64,000 nucleotides of DNA from assembly GCA_963668695.2 (NCBI GenBank), contig CAXXLQ010000004.1:1856001-1920000 (forward strand), read 5' to 3'. The notes beneath the pieces were generated by a model. It was given only the letters and a program-made list of their open reading frames with translations, was not told the DNA's origin and searched no databases. Below are positions 29,181 through 37,084 of this stretch, piece by piece (position 1 is the first letter of the stretch; each line of letters opens with the position of its first letter). This DNA is from Vicinamibacteria bacterium. Lineage in GTDB: Bacteria > Acidobacteriota > Vicinamibacteria > Marinacidobacterales > Marinacidobacteraceae. Made by a program: the position numbers and the translations under genes.

Positions 29181-30053
29181 GTGGCGGTCGTCGGCTTCGG
29201 CCTCCTCTCGCACGTTCCGACGATCATGCTGCCCGAGGAGGTTCGGCGGGAGCTGAACGAGGGCAAGGAGATCAGCCTGGTTCCCGGACTCCGCCGGCTC
29301 CGGGGCGAGGTGCTCGACGAGCTCGAGCCCGAGACGTTCGTCATCTTCGACACCCACTGGTTCAGCACCGTCGAACACCTGCTCACCGCGCAGGACCGCC
29401 GCCAGGGCCGTTACACCTCGGACGAACTGCCCCGGGGGATGCACGGCGTTCCCTACGACTATCCCGGCGATCCCGAACTGGCCCGCGCCGCCGAGGCCGC
29501 TGCCAAGCGGGCCGGGCAGCCGGCGCACGCGTCGGCGGACCCCTACCTCCCCGTCCACTACCCGACGATCAACCTGCTCCACTACCTCTGGCGCGGCGAG
29601 CGGGTGGTCTCGGTGAGCTTCTGCCAGACCGGAACCACCCCGGACTTCCTGGCGATGGGCCGGGCGATCGGCGAGGCCGTCGAGGAGACGGGCCGGCGGA
29701 CGGTGCTGCTGGCTTCCGGAGGCATGAGCCACCGGTTCTGGCCGCTCCCGGTGATCGCGCAGCACGAGCCGTCCGACCCTGTGCACGTCCGCACGCCGGA
29801 GGCCCGCGCCGCCGACGAAGCGCGGATTGAATGGCTAGAGGCCGGCGACCACCGCCGGATCATCGAGGCGATGGACGACTACGCGCGCTTCGCTCCCGAG
29901 GGCCGCTTCGGCCACTACCTGATGGCGGTCGCGGCGGCCGGCGGCGCGGACTGCACCGCCCCGGGCCGGCTGTTCTCGGACTACGAGAACGCCGTCGGCA
30001 CCGGGCAGGTCCACGTCTGGTTCGACCGCCCGGCGGCTGGCTGGACGGGGTGA
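29181..30053 (+). CDS. LigB/HpaD-type extradiol ring-cleavage dioxygenase
   Basis: SHVP, IFDTHW, YDYPGDPELA, HYPT and LASGGMSH motifs. Confidence 0.85.
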   Translation: MAVVGFGLLSHVPTIMLPEEVRRELNEGKEISLVPGLRRLRGEVLDELEPETFVIFDTHWFSTVEHLLTAQDRRQGRYTSDELPRGMHGVPYDYPGDPELARAAEAAAKRAGQPAHASADPYLPVHYPTINLLHYLWRGERVVSVSFCQTGTTPDFLAMGRAIGEAVEETGRRTVLLASGGMSHRFWPLPVIAQHEPSDPVHVRTPEARAADEARIEWLEAGDHRRIIEAMDDYARFAPEGRFGHYLMAVAAAGGADCTAPGRLFSDYENAVGTGQVHVWFDRPAAGWTG

Positions 30054-30159
30054 CCGGCGTACCGGAAGGGCCGACACACGGAGCCGTCGAACGCGCCGAA
30101 TACCGGAATCGGTGAACGGGTTGCACGATAGGTATGCTGCGCTGAACGGGAGAGCATCC

Positions 30160-31785
30160 ATGGACCGAAGAGCATTCCTACGCACAACCGCAGCCGGCGG
30201 CGCTGGCCTGACGGCGAACTTCGCGTGTTCCCCGTCCGCCTCCGAGTCGCCAGCGGCCGCAGGCGCGCAGGGCGAGATCCCGCCGTTCGAATTCGACGAG
30301 ATCACCGCCGACGACCTCCAGCGCATGATGGAGTCGGGCGAACACACTGCCCGCTCCATCACCGAGACATACATCGAGCGCATCGAAGCGATGGACCGGC
30401 AGGGCCCCGAACTTCGCTCGATGATCGAGATCAACCCGGACGCGCTCGAAATCGCCGATGAACTCGACGCGGAGCGCCGCGCTGGCGGACTCCGCGGACC
30501 GCTCCACGGCATCCCGGTCGCGCTCAAGGACAATCTCGACACCCACGACCGCATGACCACCACGGCGGGATCGCTCGCGCTCGAGGGCTCCATCCCGCCG
30601 CGCGATTCCTTCGTGGCCGAGCGCCTGCGCGCCGCCGGCGCCATCATCCTGGGCAAGGCCAACCTGAGCGAATGGGCCTACTTCCGCGGGGAGCGGGCGA
30701 CCAGCGGATGGAGCGCCCGGGGCGGCCAGTGCAAGAACCCCTACGCTCTCAACCGCAACCCGTGCGGGTCCAGTTCCGGCTCGGGAGTGGCGGCCTCCGC
30801 CAACCTGTGCGCGCTTACCGTGGGCACCGAAACGGGCGGCTCCATCATGTGCCCCTCATCCAGCAACGGCATCGTGGGCATCAAGCCCACGGTGGGGCTC
30901 TGGAGCCGCTCCGGCATTGTCCCCATCTCCCACTCCCAGGACACCGCCGGGCCCATGACCCGCACCGTGCGCGACGCGGCCATCCTGCTGGGTGGAGCCG
31001 TGGGCATCGACCCGCGCGACGAGGCCACGTCCTCGAGCGACGGTAACTTCCACGCCGACTACGCGCAGTTCCTCGATCCGGCAGGCCTCCAGGGAGCGCG
31101 CATCGGGGTGGCGCGCAGCTTCACCGGCTTCGATCCGCGGGTCATGGCGCTTTTCGAGGACGCGATCGCGGCGATGCGGGACGCGGGGGCCGTGATCGTG
31201 GATCCCGCGAACCTGCCTGAGTCAGCCTGGAACGACGAACTTCCCCTGCTCGTCCTCGAGTACGAGTTCAAGGCCGACCTGAATGCCTATCTGGCAACCC
31301 TGGGCCCCGACGCCCCCGTGCGCACGCTCGCGGAGATCATCGAGTTCAACGAGCAAAACGCCGAGTTGGAGATGCCCTACTTCGGCCAGGAGCGCATGAT
31401 CGCGTCTCAGGCCCACGGCCCCCTGACCGACGAGGTCTACCTGAACGCGGTGCGTACGATCCAGCGAGCCAACCGGGAGGACGGAATCGACGCCCTCGTG
31501 AACGAGCACCAGTTGGACGCCATCGTCGCACCCACCCGCGACCTGCCCTGGACCACCGACCACATCAAGGGCGACCGCCTGGACGGCGGCAGCAGCGCCG
31601 GACCGGCTGCCATCGCGGGTTACCCGGATATCAGCGTGCCCATGGGGTTCGTCTCAGGGCTGCCGGCGGGCATCTCATTTTTCGGGCGTGCGTGGAGCGA
31701 GCCCACACTGATTCGCATCGCCTACGCCTTTGAGCAGGCGACCCAGCACCGCAAGGCCCCGACCTTTGCGCGAACGCTGGGCTAG
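30160..31785 (+). CDS. Amidase signature family enzyme, Tat-exported
   Basis: MDRRAFL twin-arginine signal; GPLHGIPVALKD, GSSSGSG, GTETGGSI..P and GIKPT motifs. Confidence 0.92.
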   Translation: MDRRAFLRTTAAGGAGLTANFACSPSASESPAAAGAQGEIPPFEFDEITADDLQRMMESGEHTARSITETYIERIEAMDRQGPELRSMIEINPDALEIADELDAERRAGGLRGPLHGIPVALKDNLDTHDRMTTTAGSLALEGSIPPRDSFVAERLRAAGAIILGKANLSEWAYFRGERATSGWSARGGQCKNPYALNRNPCGSSSGSGVAASANLCALTVGTETGGSIMCPSSSNGIVGIKPTVGLWSRSGIVPISHSQDTAGPMTRTVRDAAILLGGAVGIDPRDEATSSSDGNFHADYAQFLDPAGLQGARIGVARSFTGFDPRVMALFEDAIAAMRDAGAVIVDPANLPESAWNDELPLLVLEYEFKADLNAYLATLGPDAPVRTLAEIIEFNEQNAELEMPYFGQERMIASQAHGPLTDEVYLNAVRTIQRANREDGIDALVNEHQLDAIVAPTRDLPWTTDHIKGDRLDGGSSAGPAAIAGYPDISVPMGFVSGLPAGISFFGRAWSEPTLIRIAYAFEQATQHRKAPTFARTLG

Positions 31786-32037
31786 CAGCCGGTGGATAAA
31801 GTGGCGAGAGCGCCGAGAGCGGCCAGTTCTCCCGGTGGGGGCGAGGCCCAGTTCTCCCGGTGGGGGTCCGGCTGACAAGGCGCGCGAGGGAGGAGCCCCC
31901 ACCGGGAGAACTGGCCCGGGTGTATTTCGACCGAAGCGCAACGATGAACGACGCGAAGCGGAGTGTTTCAGCCGGGATGGATCGCCGCTCGAGCCCCCAC
32001 CGGGAGAACTGGGCCGCGAGACTTTGTCCACAGGCTG
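31786..32037. mobile_element. MITE-like element copy 4 (carries four 18-bp-type inserts)
   Basis: CAGCCGGTGGATAAAGT ... ACTTTGTCCACAGGCTG, flanked on both sides by CTAG (31782-31785, 32038-32041). Confidence 0.8.
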
Positions 32038-32041
32038 CTAG

Positions 32042-32253
32042 CAGTCTGCGCCGCAGGAAGTTCTTGCGACTGAGTGGGTTGAGGGATTGTCAAGTTGTGG
32101 GAAGTGTGTTCTGGTACGGGTAGGAGGTTGAGGATGCCGACGAGATTTCGTGCGTATCAGCCGGGACAGATTCTGTTGAGGCCCCCCAATCTGAACGACT
32201 GGGTTGCAGAAATCCTCACTAACCCCACTGTCCAGGAATCGGGGTCCACCTCA
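32042..32253 (+). mobile_element. IS remnant: IS1182-like left end with transposase N-terminal stub, possibly fused to another IS end
   Basis: AGGAGG at 32122, then ATG 32134 MPTRFRAYQPGQILLRPPNLNDWV, resembling IS1182-family N-termini; the ORF stops at 32271. Confidence 0.6.
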
Positions 32254-32267
32254 CTGGATCGCTTCTC

Positions 32268-32672
32268 ATGAGATTGCGCGGAAACAACCTCTTTCGCCTG
32301 ACGCTATTCGGGCACAAGGCAGTGGAAGCTGGCGGCGTCTGCCTGCTGCTGATGGTGCAGGGCAACCTGACCGGGCTCACCCTGGGGCATGTCGGAATCG
32401 CCAGCCAGACGGGCTTGCTCGCAGTCATCCCCCTGGTTGGGGTGACCCTCACCAGATACGCCCGGCATTTGGCCAACCGGTGGACCTCGTCAGGACTGAT
32501 CGCGGTCTGCACGTTCGTCGCGGACGCAGCGATTCACGGATCGCACTATCCGGGCGCCTATACCGAAGCAGCGTTGACCGCCGCCGGCGCGTTCGTCTTT
32601 TCGGTCGTCGTCTCCTTCACACCGATTGGCAGGCGTATCGAAAGACTCGCCGAGACCCATCTGCGCCGGTAA
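32268..32672 (+). CDS. Small uncharacterised membrane protein
   Basis: 134 aa with about four hydrophobic segments. Confidence 0.7.
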   Translation: MRLRGNNLFRLTLFGHKAVEAGGVCLLLMVQGNLTGLTLGHVGIASQTGLLAVIPLVGVTLTRYARHLANRWTSSGLIAVCTFVADAAIHGSHYPGAYTEAALTAAGAFVFSVVVSFTPIGRRIERLAETHLRR

Positions 32673-32779
32673 CGGACTGGTAGCCCTGGACTCGTCGGCG
32701 CCAGGTTTCGTCCGCCGTCAGGGTCGAGGACGACAGTGGCCGCGAGAGTCGGCTCCCTGCCGGGTGTGACTTGACGTGG

Positions 32780-33634
32780 TCATCCCCGACCGACGATGAG
32801 CGTGACCGCGAGGGCCGCGCACGCCACCCCGGTGACCTGCCAGCCATTGAGGCGCTCGCCGAGCACGACCCGCGCGAGGATCACGGTGCTCGCGGGGTAC
32901 AGCGACAAGAGGGTGACGACGACGCTGAGCGGCCCGTAACGGGAGGCCAACAGGTACAGGGCGGTGGCGCCCACATCCACGGCGCCGCCGACGAGAGCGA
33001 TCCTGGCGACGGGCGCCGCCAGGCGCAACGGCCGCCCGCTGACCAGTGCGATGACGGTGAACAGCGTCACCGAGGCGGCGCGCGCCGCCACCAGAGGCCA
33101 CATACCTGCCCCGGCGTCCGTTTCGGCCAGGGCAAGAAAGAACAGGCCGATCGCCACGCCCGACACCAGCGCGAGGCCGACACCGGGCGGCAGCGCCCCG
33201 GCGCGGACCGAGACGGCCCCCGCCGCCGCCCGCTGCTGACTGACCAGCACGATGGCCACGATCGCCAGCGCGACCCCGAGCATGGTCAGCGATCCAAGCC
33301 GTTCCCCGCGCAAGACGCCGGTGGCGACCGCAATCAGCACGGCGCACACGGCCGTCGTCGGAGCCACGACCGCCATCCTCCCCACCGCAAGCGCCCGATA
33401 CAGCAGCGCCAACCCGACGCCGCCGATGAGTCCGGCCGCGCCGCCCCAGACCAGATCGCGCGCCGCCGGTGTGGCCTCGGGCAACAGCGGCAGACTAAGG
33501 AGCAGCAGCGTCAGGCCGCAGCCCTGCGACGTCACGACGACGGCGAGGGTGTTCGCTCGACGCGCGGCGAGGCCGCCAAGGAAATCGGCGGTGCCGTACA
33601 GCGCCGCCGCACTGAGAGCGAGTAGATAGGCCAT
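32780..33634 (-). CDS. EamA/DMT family transporter
   Basis: LYGTADFLGG, G.MAVVAP and SLYPASTVILAR.VLGERL motifs; about 10 TM segments. Confidence 0.88.
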   Translation of the reverse strand: MAYLLALSAAALYGTADFLGGLAARRANTLAVVVTSQGCGLTLLLLSLPLLPEATPAARDLVWGGAAGLIGGVGLALLYRALAVGRMAVVAPTTAVCAVLIAVATGVLRGERLGSLTMLGVALAIVAIVLVSQQRAAAGAVSVRAGALPPGVGLALVSGVAIGLFFLALAETDAGAGMWPLVAARAASVTLFTVIALVSGRPLRLAAPVARIALVGGAVDVGATALYLLASRYGPLSVVVTLLSLYPASTVILARVVLGERLNGWQVTGVACAALAVTLIVGRG

Positions 33635-33885
33635 GGAGACTCTGTGGCGGATCCCGCGCGTAGCAGGCGAGTGCCGTTCGAGGGCGAGAGCACCGACGGG
33701 AACGCACCCCGCCGCGTGCCGGCGGCTCGTCCGTGCTCATCGAAGCCCCACCCACGCCGGCACGCGAGGGCCGGGAAGATACACCCACGACGACCTTGGA
33801 TCGAGATGGAGGCAGCGCGGAATCGGCGACATTGGAGGGCGGGGCGAGCGCTTCTCGAGTATCAGCCGGCGCCCGAGGCCTCGAA

Positions 33886-33960
33886 ATGACCGTGAGCGCA
33901 CAACCTCCGATCGACTACAGCAGGTTTCGGCTCTCGCTAAAGCGCCTCCGGGAGCATGGC
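33886..33960 (+). pseudogene. Possible N-terminal stub of an HI0074-like (HEPN, nucleotidyltransferase substrate-binding) gene
   Basis: MTVSAQPPIDYSRFRLSLKRLREH resembles the starts of that family from memory; it runs straight into a REP-like repeat. Confidence 0.35.
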
Positions 33961-33962
33961 GG

Positions 33963-34038
33963 CTGCCCGCGGTTTCGCCGCGCTCTGCGCGGCGGTGCCG
34001 GTGTGAAGCCCCCACCGGGAGAACTGGCCGGCGGTCCC
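33963..34038 (-). repeat. Two-hairpin REP-like repeat with 18-bp insert
   Basis: Minus strand: GGGACCGCCGGCC[AGTTCTCCCGGTGGGGGC]TTCACACCGGCACCGCCGCGCAGAGCGCGGCGAAACCGCG. Confidence 0.7.
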
Positions 34039-34057
34039 GGGGACGCCCCGTTCCTCC

Positions 34058-36256
34058 CTATGGCACTTCCTCATCCCCGTAGCTCATGCCGAGCTGCATC
34101 ATCAGGAAGGCCGTCTCCATGGCCCGGTCGGGTACCCGGCTGCGGCCCCCGGCGTGGCCCGCGCGGGGCGCGTAGCGAAGGATCACCGGTAGCCCGGAGG
34201 AGGACGCGGCCTGGACCCGCGCCGCCATTCTACGGGCCTGGAGCGGCGGCACCCGGGTGTCGAGATCGCCCTGGGTGAACATCACCGCCGGGTAGTCGGT
34301 CCCGTCGCGCACCGCCTGGTAAGGCGAGTACTGGCGGAGGAACTCGAACTGCTCCGGGATCCCGGCGTTCCCGTACTCGAGCAGCGCCGGCATGTTGTTC
34401 GCGTGGGTGAACGTGTAGAACCGGACCATGTCGAGGTCGGGGAACCCGCAGAACACCGCGCGGTAGAGATCGGGCCGCTGGGTGAAGGAACTCGCCACCA
34501 GCAGGCCGCCGTTGCTCGTCCCCGTGATCGCGAGGCGATCCGGGTTCGTGTAGCCGTTTTCGATGAGCCATTCGGCGGCGGAGATGAAGTCGTCGAAAAC
34601 GTTTTGCTTGTTCTCCAGCATTCCGCCGCGGTGCCAGTCCTCCCCGAACTCGCCGCCGCCCCGGAGGGTCGCCACCGCGAAGACGCCCCCCGCTTCCACC
34701 CAGACCGCCGCCTGCGCGCGGAAGGACGGCGCGAGGCTCGAGTTGAAGCCGCCGTAGCCGTGGAGCAGGGTGGGCAGGTTGCCGTCCGGTTCCACCCCGC
34801 GCTGCCGCATGAGGTACATCGGCGCCTCGGTGCCGTCCTTCGAGGTGTACCAGACCTGCTCGACGACGATGTCGCTGCCGTCGTATTCCGGCCGGGACGG
34901 CGCGATCTGCTCCCGTTCGAACGTCTCGAGGTCCAGCCGGTAGCGGGTCTGCGGCACCGCGAAGGAGGACAGGGTGAGCATCGCGCCGTCCTCGCCCAGC
35001 TTGCTCAGGGAGGCGGTGTGATGGGGGGGCAGGGGGACCTCGTCCACCGCCTGGAGCGGCGCGCCCGCCTCTCCGACTTCGAACACCAGGACACGGGAGG
35101 CGACGTCCGCGAGCAGATTCACGTAGGTCCGCTCGCCGATGGTGGTGTAGCCCTGGAGCAGGTGCTCCTGCTCGGGAATCCAATCCCTCCAGCGCGAGCG
35201 GTCCGACCAGCGCGACGGGTCCACGCCCTCGGTGGGGATCGCGACCACCCGGTAAAGCGGGGCGTCAAGGTTGGTCGTGAGGAGCAGCCGGTCCTCCTCG
35301 TAGCGGGCGGTGGCGTGGGCGCGTCCGCCTTCGAGCACGGGATGGACCTCCCCGCTCCGCTGGTCCATGACGAAGATCTCGTTCCGCATCCAGCCGTGCT
35401 GGACGCCGAGCAGCAGTAGGCGTCCGTCCTCGATTTCCTCCAACCGGAGGAAGGTCTCCGGTCCGTATCCTTCCCCGAAAATCTCTTGGTCTTCGCTCAT
35501 CTCCGTCCCGAGGCGGTGGTAGCGCGCCCGCGGGCCGTCCTCCCGCGAGCGGTGGACGTAGAAGAAGCCCTCGCCCTTCCCGTCGAACGCGATGGTCCCG
35601 TAGAGCGCCTCCGGCAGCCGGTCGGGCCGCTCTTCGAGGGTTTCGAGATCGAGGAGGCGCACGCTGATCTCGTCGAGCCCCCCGTCCCGGATGCGGTAGA
35701 GCAGGAGCGATCCGTCGGGAGCGATGTCCACGATGTCGAGGCTCGCGAACTCGTCGAACCCGAGCTCCATGGCATCGAGGAGCAGTTCGTACTCGCCGCC
35801 GGGGTCCGGCCGCTCTCCGGTGTCTCCGTCCTCGCTCTTTTGCCGACGGTAGATGCGCGCCTGCGACTCCCCGGCGCGGCGTAGGGTGAAGATCTCGTGG
35901 TCGCCGGCTTCCCGCGGAGCCGAAACCGCCGGGACTTCCATGAGCTCCGCGAGGCGGGCCGCGATCCGGGCTTCGAGTCCGGTGTCGGACACGATCCGGC
36001 GCGCGTATTCGTTCTGGGCGTCGATCCACGCCCGCGTCTCCGGACTCTCCTGATCCTCGAGCCAGCGGTAGGGGTCAAGGATCTCGACGCCGTGGATCGT
36101 GTCGGTGACCACCTCCACCCGGGTTTCGGGCGGGGGCGGCCAGAGCCCCGAGCATCCGGAGGCCAGCAGGACCGCGGCCGATGCGGCCAACAGCCGCCAT
36201 GGACGCAGGGAAAAAGGAATGGATGAACGCACGGCGATCCCCCCTCGGCGGTTCAC
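34058..36256 (-). CDS. Prolyl oligopeptidase (S9A), lipoprotein
   Basis: DPYRWLED, SKDGT, HGYGGF, RGGGEFG, catalytic GTSNGG, DTRV and AGH motifs; lipobox ASGC. Confidence 0.93.
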   Translation of the reverse strand: MNRRGGIAVRSSIPFSLRPWRLLAASAAVLLASGCSGLWPPPPETRVEVVTDTIHGVEILDPYRWLEDQESPETRAWIDAQNEYARRIVSDTGLEARIAARLAELMEVPAVSAPREAGDHEIFTLRRAGESQARIYRRQKSEDGDTGERPDPGGEYELLLDAMELGFDEFASLDIVDIAPDGSLLLYRIRDGGLDEISVRLLDLETLEERPDRLPEALYGTIAFDGKGEGFFYVHRSREDGPRARYHRLGTEMSEDQEIFGEGYGPETFLRLEEIEDGRLLLLGVQHGWMRNEIFVMDQRSGEVHPVLEGGRAHATARYEEDRLLLTTNLDAPLYRVVAIPTEGVDPSRWSDRSRWRDWIPEQEHLLQGYTTIGERTYVNLLADVASRVLVFEVGEAGAPLQAVDEVPLPPHHTASLSKLGEDGAMLTLSSFAVPQTRYRLDLETFEREQIAPSRPEYDGSDIVVEQVWYTSKDGTEAPMYLMRQRGVEPDGNLPTLLHGYGGFNSSLAPSFRAQAAVWVEAGGVFAVATLRGGGEFGEDWHRGGMLENKQNVFDDFISAAEWLIENGYTNPDRLAITGTSNGGLLVASSFTQRPDLYRAVFCGFPDLDMVRFYTFTHANNMPALLEYGNAGIPEQFEFLRQYSPYQAVRDGTDYPAVMFTQGDLDTRVPPLQARRMAARVQAASSSGLPVILRYAPRAGHAGGRSRVPDRAMETAFLMMQLGMSYGDEEVP

Positions 36257-36335
36257 CCTAACCGATCAATCCCGAGTCCCGGTGCCCTCCGCCGGAACCC
36301 GGCACCACGTTCACGTAATCTACCGGGTCACCGTC

Positions 36336-36899
36336 ATGCCGTTCCGCCTGCCTTCCGATCTGGTTCTCGATCCCGAGCGGGGATTTCGCATCTACGAGGG
36401 CGTCGTCGTCCCCGACTGGACCGACCGGAACGGGCACATGAATGTCGTGTACTATCGGAGGGCTTTCGATCAGGCTACGCAACACATGCTGAGTCGTATT
36501 GGACTCTGGGATAACGACAACGATTACGGGTCCACTTTTGCACTTGAAGACCATGTGACTTACCAGCGCGAGTTACATCCGGGCCGCCCGTTTTTCGTCA
36601 CCTACCAGCTTCTCGACTTCAGCGACAAACTGATCCACGCCTTTCTCCGTCTCTTCGGCGAGCCGGAGGGCGAGGGTGACGAACCGGTGCTGGCCGCCAC
36701 CTGCGAGCACATCGGCGTCTATGTGGACATGCGAACCCGGCGGTCCGCCTCCATGCCGGCCGAGTACTACGAACTCCTTCAGGAGATCTCACGCCGCCTC
36801 GAGGGAACGCCGCAGCCCCCCGAGAAAGGCCGCGTCATCGGCATTCGCCACCGCGCTCCCGCGAAACCCATTCCCAGGCGCATCCCGGTGAGCGTCTGA
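36336..36899 (+). CDS. 4HBT-like hotdog-fold thioesterase
   Basis: WTDRNGHMNVVYY..FD and FALEDHVTYQREL motifs. Confidence 0.82.
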   Translation: MPFRLPSDLVLDPERGFRIYEGVVVPDWTDRNGHMNVVYYRRAFDQATQHMLSRIGLWDNDNDYGSTFALEDHVTYQRELHPGRPFFVTYQLLDFSDKLIHAFLRLFGEPEGEGDEPVLAATCEHIGVYVDMRTRRSASMPAEYYELLQEISRRLEGTPQPPEKGRVIGIRHRAPAKPIPRRIPVSV

Positions 36900-37084
36900 C
36901 CGTTGCCATGCGTTCAACCATCCAACCGGGAGTTTCCATGAAAACCCGCTCTCTGCGAGACCATCCTGATGGCGATGTTCACCGCCGGATAGACGGAGGG
37001 CCGCAAAGCCCCGACACTTTTTCGTTCCGGTCCGGTCACCTGACCGGGCCTCAGTCTGTCGCTTCCACAAGGAGGAACCCAGAC

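Noticed and set aside
30121-30140. TTGCAC...TATGCT as a sigma70 promoter for the amidase
   Set aside because: Spacing between the hexamers is only about 6 bp.
31786-32037. Four closely spaced copies of the ~20-bp motif resembling a mini CRISPR array
   Set aside because: Copies are in mixed orientation and irregularly spaced, the 'spacers' are conserved MITE core, and no cas genes are present.
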